A stretch of 64,000 bases of DNA, from positions 41,540,001-41,604,000 of the forward strand of contig NC_059435.1 of assembly GCF_021028975.2 (NCBI RefSeq), written 5' to 3'. The notes beneath the pieces are model-generated. The model did not search any database and was not told where the DNA came from. It was given only the letters and a program-made list of their open reading frames with translations. This DNA is from Sphaerodactylus townsendi (lineage: Eukaryota). Shown here piece by piece: positions 48,270 to 59,600 of the stretch; the first letter of the stretch is position 1, and the number at the start of each line of letters is the position of its first letter. The translations under genes and the position numbers were made by a program.

Positions 48270-49517
48270 GAATGAAGCTGCATCTCACTATTTGCAGGAG
48301 GTTTCGTCCATTCTGCTTTGACCTGGGTTTCTAAGAATTTGGGAAAGGGAAAAACCTTTTCCTTAGGAGTTATCTGTGGGAAGAATTCTTGGTCCCCTGT
48401 GTGAGTGGATATTAGGTCTGGGTCCTGCACCACCTGTGTCTCATTTGCAGAGGATTTCAGATTTAAGGCCATAAGGGACTTGTTGAACAAGTATTAAAAA
48501 TCTTCCAGTTTGAAAAATTGGGGGGATTGTTCTGCCACCTGGATTTTCTCCTCTGCCTCATCTTGTGACAAGAACTCGCCCTCCTCCCTGGAGTCAAAGT
48601 CACTTGTGAAGGGGGAAGAATCCAGCCTTAATGGGCTTATTTTTGCCCTTCTCCTGGCTGCCTTGGTCGCCCAAGGGGCCTTAGTCTTCTGCCTTGCTCC
48701 CTGCTCCTTTGCCTGATAGCTGTAACTGAGCATATCCAAAAGGTGACACCACCACCCTCTCTTCCACCAGTGAGACTGCATCATCCCTCATGGTGGTCCT
48801 GAAGGCTTCCAAAACCTGTAGAACATTTGGGTCTATGCCCAGGATTTGAGGGTTACTTTGCATCCCAGGGTTGGGTTGGGGGCTCTCTGTCGCTGATTGG
48901 AGCTGGTGTGGAGCCTCAGGCACATTTATACAGCTAACTGGGGTTTCTGCAGTAGCCGCTGCCATCTTGGGAGCCTCCCTGCCCTTCCATGTCTTTTTTG
49001 CAGTGCAGGAAATGGCTACCGCCATGTGGCCAGCTGGAGCAGGAACAGCACTCTCTGGGGATGTGCTCACTCGAGCTGCAAGGCGCAGCTCCACAGATGC
49101 CTTCGAGGTCCCCAGCTCTTCCTCTGAGAAAAAAGTCTCTTCGGAGACACTCTCAGCCATTTTGCCCCCCCCTCCCAACCCCAACCTGAGAAAGCCTGCC
49201 AGCAATGCTCCTTGGCAAGCCAAGATTGAGCTACACAAATCACGGGAGGCTACAAAGACGTAGATAACTGGAGTTCCAGGTTGGGGGGGGGGGGGGGAAT
49301 TGGCTAACTAACTAAAAAGAGGATAGAAAAGAGAATACTGAAACAAAGGCAGGACAGAACCTAGAGGACTGCTTCTCCCTCAGAGGCAGGAAAGAAATTG
49401 AGGAAGGTGGAGTGGTCTCCCACAGGAAACAGGAAGCTGAAGTTTACTTCCTCTCTCTCCGGCAAGATGGTGGGAAATGCCCACAATAAGGAGATGTCCC
49501 CCTGCTCAGGGAAGAGA
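48270..49517 (-). mobile_element. DIRS-like (tyrosine-recombinase) retrotransposon 5' remnant with gag-like ORF1
   Basis: Broken frames MAESVSEE..., SDFDSREEGE..., FFKLEDF*YLFNKSL..., VFPFPKFLETQVKAEWTKP resemble vertebrate DIRS ORF1; terminus tctcttccctgagcagggg...tgggcatttccca. Confidence 0.6.
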
Positions 49518-49671
49518 GTTCCCAACACAAAACCAAGCTGCAAGATAGGAATGCAGTTCTGCTACAACAGTTCAACATTTTTATTCTTCTTCTCCAAAAC
49601 TTTTTTTAGTGCAACCTGAAGAGATCTGCTGAATGCAAAAGCTTGCTCCATAATTGATGAGGCTTCAGTTA

Positions 49672-49872
49672 CTATAGCAATTACATTCAGATTAGGATTT
49701 GGCAGACCAAGGTTCAAATCCACACTCCGCCATGGAAGCTTGCAGGGTGATTTTGGATCAGTCATCTTAACTGGACTCACAGGGTTGTTGTAAGTATTAA
49801 AAGGAGGAGAGAAGACTGATGTTATCACTTCGGGTTCCCACTGAGAAGAAGGGCAATGTATAAATAAACAAA
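49672..49872 (+). mobile_element. Squam3-like tRNA SINE
   Basis: ggttcaaatcc B-box, ctcacagggttgttgt core, ataaataaac tail. Confidence 0.75.
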
Positions 49873-50407
49873 ATGTATTTGTTCCAACATCCACAAAGTT
49901 TGCCTATTTTGGACTGCTTAGTTTAAGACATGCATGATTTGCTAGATTTTCTGCATTTGTTCCATTGCGCGTTCTGAGCAAATTCAACAACATTAGCTGA
50001 CCCAGGGATAGTGTCAATCAATTCTGGACAACTAGCTAATCTGAAGGTTTTTTTTAAAAAAAACGTTCTCTGTTCAGTTTCTTTTTTTATTCTTGATGTG
50101 AATGCACACACCAGTTTGTGACAGTTAGAAACTGATGGACTAATGGTTTGATTCTGCATGACAACTCCCGTTTTATGTAACAGTTCTTAACCTCAGGAAC
50201 ATCGCTATCTACAACTGAAGTATGAAAGTAATCCCCAATGGCACCTGAGAATAACCATATCAGCCCGTGAAAAGGAAGACTTTATACTATGTGAAAACAT
50301 ACAATAAAAGGTTTAAAAACTATGCCAGACCAATACAGCTACAGAAAATTTTCAAGAACACTAAATTAATACCCCCCCACCCTTCCAAAAAAAGAGCAAC
50401 ACCTAAC

Positions 50408-50539
50408 CTGCCACCAATTTGGATCTTCTCGATTTACAATCTGAAGAATTTCTCCCTTGGAAAACTTCAGTCCTGCTTCTTTACATGGAATCAGATTGTC
50501 ATTATATGGATTATAATCAAAATGACACTTCACAAATAC
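50408..50539 (-). CDS. PALS2: PALS2/MPP6 coding exon 5 (SH3)
   Basis: [44 protein letters not shown]; acceptor tttcag, donor GTTAGG. Confidence 0.97.
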
Positions 50540-51067
50540 CTGAAACAGATAAGAAAATGTAATATGCTTCAGGCATTACAATTCTAACAATTTTAAAAAT
50601 GTTGAGCAAGTTTGCAGAAGACTTGCTCCACAGTTGAATCTTCTGAAATTAGTTAAACAGAAGAGTACCAATGGCAATTTTTAAAACACAATTACGCCTC
50701 TAGCAGAGGTGAAAGCAAGGGAGATTAGCACAGCCAGTGATGAATGACAAGAATCAAGCTTAGCATTGATACAGGAGTATCTCCATAAACTGGGCCTCAA
50801 CTGTTTCAAAACATGGAGGGGAGCAGGGGGAGATTATGTTCTCAAAATTCAACTGAGGCATGTGGAAGTACAGCTTAAGGGGTTCTTTTTTAATTAAAAA
50901 AGGCATATAATACTTTCTGATGCCTCAGTTGTAAGTGTCGAAAGACTTCAGCTGATCAGCAGTTAATGGGACAGGAACATTCAACATGCTCAGAAACCCT
51001 TTCCCTTTATAATTTAGCTGAAGTCTGATAAGAAGGGGGGGGGTCTTTATGTTTCTTTTCACACCCC

Positions 51068-51264
51068 TGTAAGGCTGAACACGCTCAAACAAAGTCGACT
51101 TTATAAAAAGGAACAAACTTTATTGATTTATGTCGCCCTAGCTACAGGGTGCTGGAACTGAGGGTTCTTGACCTCAGTTCCAGTATATATGGGGCACTTG
51201 GGTGGGCGGTTCTTCGTTGCAGCGGGAACTAGAGGACTCAGAGAAACGAAACTTAGTCCTGACA
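51068..51264 (-). mobile_element. Solo LTR, 197 bp
   Basis: On the - strand TGTCAGGACT...AGCCTTACA (TG..CA, imperfect inverted termini) with GC box, TATA and AATAAA in LTR order; 5-bp TSD acccc/atccc; CpG-rich. Confidence 0.75.
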
Positions 51265-52643
51265 ATCCCATTTCTCAAGCAGAGAAGCGGGCCTGATCCA
51301 ACACCTGCTGCTCCACCTGCTGCAGCAGTCTCAATGATGTTTGTTTTCATGGGTGAAGAAAGGGGTGTAGCACAGACCTTCAGTGAATTTATTTTAAAGT
51401 GCTTAAGAGTTAGGTTTATATCGCAGTTTTCCCTCCAGTTTTTTTCCCAAATGCATGGGCTGCTATATTTTACGCTACACTGCATTACTTCTAACCGGAA
51501 GTTGCCTAGACTTTTTATGGTAGGCGGCGTCAACATTTGAAGAATTCTGAACACTTCAAATCAATCCACAAGCATCCCACATTTGCTTTTAAAATGACAA
51601 AATCAACATTGGCCAAATAACTCCCCAGAATGATTTATCCTGTGATTTAAGAGATATTTTCTGTCTGAAAAAAAGTTTTTTTGATTGATTCTCTTTTGGG
51701 AAAGGCTGCTGCATTTTTCACATAATGGACTTTTCTTCTCTGCTGTGTGCATTTGGGAACTGGAGTAAAATCTCAACCGACCGCACGTCACTGTCTTCCA
51801 AATGTATTGCATAGATGTCAAAAATTTCTCTGCGTGGCATCATTATAAAGTGGAATGGTGGATGTAAAGTGGATGTAACCCCAGATTCAAATGAAAACCT
51901 GGAATTTAGGGAGGGAAAAACACACACCTGAAGAAGACACATTGCTCCAACCATTAAAAATACATAATTATTATTGGATAAAAAGCACTGAATTAGATAT
52001 CAGTAAATGTACTACACATCTGCACCATGAAATGGAATGGGCAGAAGACAACTCAAGAAGTTTATGTTAATCCCTCTTGTGGACAATAATAACTGTTCAC
52101 GTGCGTTAATACACTGAGGAGCAAAGGCAATTGCAGCTGCCCAGATTGTACAGTGAACAGTCCTGGTGTATTGTCATGCCTTCTTACATGCCTCCCTTTC
52201 CCTTCCCCTGTGCAAATGTTTATTTTATGGAGGGTACAATCTTGACTGGTTGCCTACCCCCTAAGGTGATTGTGGCACTGGGATAGTGATAACTATATTT
52301 CATTGACTGTACTGTTATATTTTAATGTTGTAAGTCACTCTGTGGCCATATGGGAAAGGGCAGCCTATAAACTGAATTTAAAAAAATTAATTTACACAGA
52401 GCATTCATATTACCTTCTACGAAAGGATTTCATAACTCATCAAAGAACTGTTGATGAGTCACTGATAGTACACAACTGGTTGCTATATACTGGAAATAGT
52501 TAATATACTTAATTAGAAGGAAAGGGAAACAATGAAGTAACTTGACAGATGGTCTAGATTAATCAAAAGGCATATCCAATTCCACTGAAATATGAACATT
52601 TTGTTTCTATAAACAGATTCAAATGAAGAATAGCACTACTGAC

Positions 52644-52871
52644 CTGCTGAGGAATAATATTATCTCTGTAGCTAGGAAGAATTTTCAGAGTGACACTACC
52701 ACTAATGTTCTTGAGAAGTTCTTGCAGTTCTTTTGGATTGTTTCCAACTTCATGACCATTAACCTCTTTAATGATATCGCCCACATGGAGAAGACCTTGT
52801 CGATCTATCATTCCTCCATGAAGGATTCGTGCAATTACCAGATCATTATTCTCAACCTTAAATGTAACACC
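52644..52871 (-). CDS. PALS2: PALS2/MPP6 coding exon 4 (PDZ)
   Basis: GVTFKVENNDLVIARILHGGMIDRQGLLHVGDIIKEVNG...IIPQQ; donor GTCAGT. Confidence 0.97.
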
Positions 52872-54365
52872 CTGAAGAACATTTGAAGGCCAACATTGTT
52901 AGTTTACAGTTTATCACCATTAGAAACACTGCCATTTATTATACTAATTATCAGCAGGCACCATAATAGCCAATGAGGTTTGCATATCCCTAATAATCCA
53001 AAATCAAAATAGTACTTCAAGCTGATTAATATAGATTTACTCACTTTCTTTTATCTTCCAGCCCAACAATAAAAAGGAAGAGTAAATAGTTTTACTAATA
53101 TATCTCAAGCTAGATTTAACAGCTTAGCATACACAGTGAACACACATACACTGTAGTTACCTAATCACTTGGTGTATCTTAACTGCTTCTAGCAAGCAAC
53201 TTGCCTCACAAGAGTTCTGTTTCTTCCCATTTTACCACCCTGACTTCAGCTCCTCTAAATATCTCTGGACTACCAAAGTATTGATTGCAGGTACAGATTT
53301 AGCCTCTTGGCACTCAGGGCAGCTGCCCAGGACCCTGTCAAGGGCCCTGTGCTGGAGTACCCCCAACTGCCCCAGGATGCCCAAATGCCACACTACTACT
53401 ACCCTGTCTTACAGATGCTGTAAGTAGCATTGGCTTCATAACAGCAGTCAGCTGTAGGGTGCCCTTCACCCCAACTGTACAGCCACCACACTCAATGATC
53501 TTCGAAAACAGCCCTAGAAAGGCCTCCACACCCCTCTGGGGAACAAAACCAAGGAAAGCACTGTGGCTGCTTGTTCAAGTGGCAGAGGCTACTGCTCCTC
53601 CCACTGGTGTATTTGTGGAAGAAGCTGCTTATACCAACCATGTCCAGAGCTTGGGCCACCTGTTCGCTGCAACAGTGCCACTGGCTGCTTGAAGCCAAGC
53701 TGACTCAGCAGGGGGCTAACTGGAGGAAGGGGACGGTCATTTTCTGAAGCCCCACTGAAGTTCCTCTCAGGGCCTTAGAATCACAGCCCCATCCAAAGGG
53801 GCAGGGCCCAAATCTTCCCTTGGAAGTGGTGCATGGCCACACCAGCGGATTTGTTCTTCTGGGGCATTTTCCCTGGTAGAGGGGTAAATCTGCCAGCATT
53901 CAGTCATTGCTGCCCTCCCCAGAGCTGATAAGCTGCACTAGACACTGTGCCAGCGTCCCAGCGCCATTACCACTAGCACAGCACTGGCAGGCTGGGGGAG
54001 GAGACATTAGTCAGCTTACCTTACACTGGTGGCTTGTACTTTAGACTTAAGCCACTGAAAAGGTGGTGTACATCTATAGAGCACCATGGGGGCTTCTCAG
54101 TGGCAGTGGTGGGGTGGCACAGCCACAGCCAGCCACCTGGCTGCTTAGATGGGGCTGTAAGACTGCCCCCCCCTGACTAATTATCCAGTGAGCACTTTCA
54201 GATTTTCCTGTTCCACTTGTTCTCTGCTGTTAGTTTGTAGTTTTCGCTAGGAACAGGTACATTATAACTTTGATTAAAGCAGAGCAACAAAGCAAAACAT
54301 CCAAGTAAGCCAAATTTCTTCTATACTTATGTTTGCACCACATTTAAGGATCAATGAACACTCAC

Positions 54366-54518
54366 CAGTGGTTCTCCTGCTCTTTTGTGAATGCCAAGTA
54401 TGCGAATAGCATCTACGGGTACTATCTGATTGTTCACCGAAGAATTATTCATTTCTGGGCTAGAGGGAGGAGATTCGAAGCACTTTGATGCCACAATGTC
54501 ATGGGCTTCCAAAAGGGA
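54366..54518 (-). CDS. PALS2: PALS2/MPP6 coding exon 3
   Basis: SLLEAHDIVASKCFESPPSSPEM...IRILGIHKRAGEPL; donor GTGAGT. Confidence 0.97.
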
Positions 54519-55067
54519 CTGCAAATATAGAATACATGAATTGATGTCAGGGGATGATTGAGATACATTCCCGGAACCGTGCAACTGCTTAAAATAACAA
54601 ATTACCATATGACCCGTGCAAACAAAATTGGGAGCATTGGACAAGATATATTAACGCAAAAGATAAGATACATATTTTTGTATAGAATATTAAGATAAAA
54701 ACACCTGGCAAATTAAAATATAGGATAAGAATATATAGTATTACTAGGAAGTTAAAGAGAGAATAGCTTGAATTCTTTCTATTTACTTTATAAGTTCATT
54801 ATACATGTAGTGATGAAACATAATGTTATAATATTTGATGTGCACAATATATAATTTGTCTTTCATATCTTGAAAATTTTAATAAAAATTAATATGAAAA
54901 ATATAAATAAATAACAAATTACTGATGCTAGAAATACATATGTAACCAGCCTGATATATGTATCCACTGCCATCTGTGTATTCTTTCCTTGATCTTTACT
55001 TCATGGCTTCTTCACAAGCTTTGTCGACAACTACACTTTCCCTGGCACCTCTGCCCCATGGGAACTG

Positions 55068-55560
55068 TATTATTTATTTGTTTGTTTGTTTATTTTAATA
55101 GACCACCCTACCCCCGAAGGGCTCAGGGCGGTTTACAAGACAATGAAACACAATACATCATATGATTTCAGTTAAGACAATAAATAAATTAAAACATTAA
55201 AACATTAGCAGCAATAATCTTCTATCATTAAGATAAGTAGATGATGTTTGGCGTTAACCCCCGGCCAATATTCAATCAGCAGATGACATATGGAGTGACA
55301 GAAACAGCAAAGAGGGGTGGATTCAGCAGCCAGCCTCACCAAAGGCCCGGTGGAACAGCTCGGATTTACAAGCCCTGCGGAACTCCCCAAGGTCCCACAG
55401 GGCCCTAACAGATGGAGGAAGAGCGTACCACCAGGCAGGGGCCAGGGCCGTAAAAGCCCTGGCCCGGGTGGAGGCTAGCGGCATCATGGAGGGACAAGGG
55501 ACCATCAGTAAATTTGCCTCTGCCAAGCGGAGAGGTCGACTCTGGCTGTTATCTCGTAGG
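55068..55560 (-). mobile_element. 5'-truncated L2-clade LINE
   Basis: ORF 55323-55526 AEANLLMVPCPSMMPLASTRARAFTALAPAWWYALP...; (TTTG)n/(TTTA)n tail on +. Confidence 0.9.
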
Positions 55561-55923
55561 GCAGGAGGGGTTACCTCTGAGCTCTCCTAACAACCCAAAG
55601 TGCTTCTCAGATGCTGTTACAAGAAGGCTTCTCAAACCATGGGTAACAACAGTTGTTTTCCATTATTTGGATGTTTATCTCGTTAAAATCAAACACACCA
55701 TCATTAAGGCTAATTTTTCATCAATGAAAAAAAGTACAGGCCCTCGAGTTCAAAGAAAGTCATGCTTAAATCCCAATGAAATCAACGGGAATTAGCCAAC
55801 TTTCTTTGGATCAGGGTCACTGTGCTTTTTTTCATTTGGTTAAAACAGATTCTGATCCACTGCAACAAGCAATTCCTCCCCTTCCCCGCAAACAAAGTTA
55901 TAGATTAAAAAATACTGCATTAC

Positions 55924-56076
55924 CAGAAAGTGTGGCTCCTTCAGTATACCAACCAACTCAGCAATGTTTTCATCTTTGTTCACTAATGGACTGATGTCTT
56001 CAAGAATCTCATTGACTAATTCTATATTGTTGTCACTCACAGCCTCAAGTTTAGAGTCTTCCAGTCGTTCATGAGC
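55924..56076 (-). CDS. PALS2: PALS2/MPP6 coding exon 2 (L27C)
   Basis: AHERLEDSKLEAVSDNNIELVNEILEDISPLVNKDENIAELVGILKEPHFL; CAG acceptor, GTAATG donor. Confidence 0.96.
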
Positions 56077-56571
56077 CTGTGGTGATTATAGAAGAAGCAT
56101 AAATCAGTACAAATAGTGAACAGGAACAATATGTTTGATTTTCCATTTTCATCATGAGGCCTCCTCCATGTTTTGACAACAACACTTTGTCTTCATCAGC
56201 ACTGGCTCTGCTGGAAGTTCATTCTAGATTTTGCATACACTGCATAGATGCAGCCATTCTCAAAATTCATGGTTGTCCATGCTTTATTAAACCAATTTAA
56301 TGAACTTCCTTCTTATTTACATATTTACAGAATTTTCCCAGCCTCCATTTTATCCTCCTAATCCTCCTATCCTCAAAATCAATGGTAGAAGAGCAAGATT
56401 TGAGTATAGAAGCTTCTTAAAGACCAACAAGGTTCCCAGGCTAATTTACAAAGGGAGCTGTGCTTTTTGGCTTACACTCTGGAAATCATGTTGGTCTTTA
56501 AAGTGCTCCTGGACTCAAAGCTTGCTCTTCTTCTGCAGGCTAACATGGCTACTCACCAGAAACTATGTATA

Positions 56572-56700
56572 CTAGGTTAGGCTGAGAGTGTACAACTGGC
56601 CCAATTCACACAGGGAGTTTCCAACACACAGTGAGGATTCAAATCTGAGGATTTCAGATCCTAGTCTGACATTCTAACCTTTGTGAAGCACTGCCTGCCT
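56572..56700 (-). mobile_element. Squam3-like SINE fragment next to a Penelope-like terminal fragment (about 56480-56560)
   Basis: aggttaggctgagag...ggattcaaatc...gatcctagtctgacattctaacc. Confidence 0.6.
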
Positions 56701-57489
56701 CACAACTTTCTGTACAGACATTCCATTCTCTAATTCTAGAAATACAGGCAAGATATTACAGCAGGTATACAGTCCGGTAGAAGGAATAAAGTATACTCAG
56801 ACTACAGAACAGTTCTTTACTTTACTTTAACAGTCAGTTCTTTACTTCAGGCAACCATAACTCTGCAATCAAGGATATAGACCTCTGACAAAATTCTTAA
56901 CGTGCCTGTCAAACAACAATTGCTAGAAGACTTCAGGGAAAAGTCATGCCAGTCTAACTGGTATAAGACCAATTCTTTTAACAAGGAAAAAAGCACTGAA
57001 AAAGCAGCCTCTCTTTTGTATTCCATCTTTCAAGTCACATTAGAGGAGCCAGGCACGAGCCTTTTCCTTCTGGCTATGCTGTCGTTTGTTTCTTCAGTAG
57101 TCAGATCATCACTTTATAACTGGTTTGTTTGCACAAGATGTATACATTTCCAAGCTTACAAACAAGCTTTGGAAAAAGATAATCAATCTGCCTTATGAAA
57201 TGTAGCCTGCCCAACTATAAACATAATCGTTTGCCCAGCCCCCATCACTGCAAGGCAAGCTTTATTTTTTTTCTTCACAATGTTTTTCAAATTTGTTCTT
57301 CAAAATCAAAGTCGAAAGCATACACAAAGACAGAAGTTCACCATTTTATAAAGTACTTAATACATATAGACAACAAATATTAACTCTTAAAACCCTACAC
57401 TTTCAGCACTTGGCCAATAAGTATCAAAATGAAATTAACTCTTTAGCATTATTAATGAACAGTCTAACTTTTCTTTATTGGATTTTAAT

Positions 57490-57855
57490 TTAACAGTTCT
57501 TAACCTTCAAAACCACTAGTCATTAATTTATTTTTTTCTGTTTTATCAACTTGGCCATCTTGGCCAACTCTAGTACCTTCACCCACCATTCTTCAATTGT
57601 AGGAATAGTTGGAGTTTTCCATTACTGCACATATGATATTCTTGCTGCTGCTGTCATACATAAAAGCAAAGTTCCATGTTTTCTTTTCAGAAATCTGACC
57701 GTAAGTCCCAACAGATAAGCCTCAGGTTTCATTAGTCTTCAAAATCTTCTGAGTTATTGTATGTATTTTCCTCCAATGTTTTTTAGCTTTTTCACAAGTT
57801 TGCCATCTACAATAAAAAGTCCTCTCTTGATGCTCGTATTTCCAACAATTGAGAT
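57490..57855 (-). mobile_element. L1-clade LINE ORF2 C-terminal fragment
   Basis: Antisense reads CWKYEHQERTFY..WQTCEKAKKHW (decayed zinc knuckle) and MTAAARISYVQ*WKTPTIPTIEEW. Confidence 0.7.
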
Positions 57856-57889
57856 TGTTTTTTTAGTGGTGGAGGGGCAAACATGCATT

Positions 57890-58051
57890 TAGGTCACCCC
57901 ATGTCAGGATGCTATTTGCTGGGAGGGGGAACTGCTGGGAAAAGTTATTGCTTTGGCTTTTGCAGGTGCTTATCTGGTTCTCTGGCCTTGGAGTTCTGCG
58001 GCTGGGACGGGCTCTCAGACTGGACCCATTCTGCTGTCTTGGTTCTTATGG
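57890..58051 (+). mobile_element. CR1 LINE 3' tail
   Basis: Ends ...ctgtcttggttcttatg, the CR1 terminal repeat. Confidence 0.55.
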
Positions 58052-58959
58052 TGGGGTTTGCTACAACATATTATCAACAGTTTTGGCGCCTTCTCGCCAG
58101 AACTGTCTTTTGCTGTTGCTCTCATGTCATCAATAAACTCCTTGAACCCATCAAGGGAGTTATTGTCTGAACAGGGAGTTTGACACCCCACTGTGACCAC
58201 ACTGATAAAATGATGGAAAAATGGGTCTTAACAGGCTCAGTCCTCTCCAAAAGTTTCCAAGGCATCTTCACATGCCAGGTGATATAGCTGGAGTAAAAAG
58301 AGCTGTTAGGTCTCTGTCTCTACAGGCTTGAATCTTGTTTTCCCGACGAACCGACCTCTAGAGAAGGGCTCCTCCAACCAGGCTGAGCCTACAGCCACTT
58401 TCAGAATTTTGAGAAATAATAGTGAACAGCCACGGGTGGCAGGATCATCTCTTTGGTTTGGAAGAGATGTGTGTTTTTTGTTTCAGTTTCAAAGAAACCA
58501 CAGGGTTTGGTTCCCATACAGCCACAGGGAGAACATGCCAAGTCCACCAAGACGCAAAGAAATCCTTGCCTAAAACCAAGCAAAGGACTCTTAAACTTAC
58601 AAAGAATTTAATTTCACTCCCAGGCATTCCTTTCTCCCCCACCCCCCTTTTCCATTCAAGATGCTTCTCCCTCCTAGATTCAAACAGTTTCTGGACACCA
58701 GGAAACATGTCCGCAAGTGTTGTGTTTCCCATGGGCACCATTTTGGGGATTACTGTTCTTAGAGGCCTCCAAGAGACTGGAAAGAGAACAATCCTGATCA
58801 GGATGTATGCAGGAGACAGCTCTCATTACACACCTAATTAAGTTAAATTATTCCGTATGCAAAGCCTTAAGGAGGTCTTAGCACATCTAACAGACTTCCA
58901 TGAACTAATAACATCACCTTCCAAAGCCTAATTTCACATTATACATCACAGTCAGTGAA

Positions 58960-59270
58960 TGTATGTGTGTGACTTATGATGACCCGATGAATTAATGACC
59001 TCCAGAACATCTTATCATTAAAAGCCTTGCTCAGGTCTTGCAAACTGAAGGCCAAAGCTTCGTTTATTCAGTCAAGCAATCTCTTGTTGGGGTTTCATCT
59101 TTTATTGCCTTCAGTTTTTCCTAGTGAGTCTTGGTCTTCTCATGATATGACCAACTGTCAGTTGAGTCATTTCAACTTCTAGGGAGAATTCAGGCTTGAT
59201 TTGATCTAGAACCCACTTATTTGTCTTTCTGATGGTCTAGTTATCTCTCCTACAACACCTCTTTTCAAAT
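58960..59270 (-). mobile_element. RTE-clade LINE 3' end
   Basis: Shares gacttatg...ggtcttgcaaactgaag...cttctag.gaga.ttcaggct with the 46775 copy. Confidence 0.7.
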
Positions 59271-59307
59271 GACAGTTAGTGAATGTTAGCAGAAAAAATC
59301 AGTTTAC

Positions 59308-59424
59308 CTTAGCAAGTGATCTTACAATAGGATTCTCCATAATTCCTTTCAAGAAAATAAGATCTATTTCTTCAGCTCCTGATGATGGGGACAAATCCGT
59401 AAGGTTATCCAAGACCTGCTGCAT
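59308..59424 (-). CDS. PALS2: PALS2/MPP6 coding exon 1 (L27N)
   Basis: MQQVLDNLTDLSPSSGAEEIDLIFLKGIMENPIVRSLAK; donor GTAAAC. Confidence 0.96.
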
Positions 59425-59489
59425 CGCTGCTGAAAAAAACATAAGGGAAGCCTTTGAACAAAAGCTTGATAGTTTTTAATAAACACACT

Positions 59490-59600
59490 TCTCTTTGTGA
59501 TACACCTCTGAAGATGCCAGCCACAGATGTAGGCGAAATGTTAGGAACAAGATCTACCAGACCCCGACCACACAGCCCGGAAAGCCCACAACAACCAGTT
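59490..59600 (+). mobile_element. Penelope-like terminal fragment with hammerhead core
   Basis: CCT-CTGAAGA-TGCC..GGC-GAAA-TGTT-AGG at 59505-59545; same family as 25072. Confidence 0.8.

Larger units (their letters stand above)
39547..59424 (-). other. PALS2: PALS2 (MPP6/VAM-1) gene span: 11 coding exons, 1623-nt CDS, 540-aa MAGUK (L27-L27-PDZ-SH3-GK)
   Basis: Exons of 117+153+153+228+132+100+69+162+203+129+177 nt splice in frame from MQQVLDNL to PQWVPISWVY*, near-identical to recalled mammalian MPP6. Confidence 0.98.

Noticed and set aside
51174-51954. Cluster of minus-strand ORFs first suspected to be an endogenous virus or retrogene
   Set aside because: No recognisable protein motif. The CpG-rich part is explained by the solo LTR, and the longest ORF crosses the LTR boundary.
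58328-58841. Overlapping 80-140-aa ORFs
   Set aside because: No domain similarity or splice context recognised.
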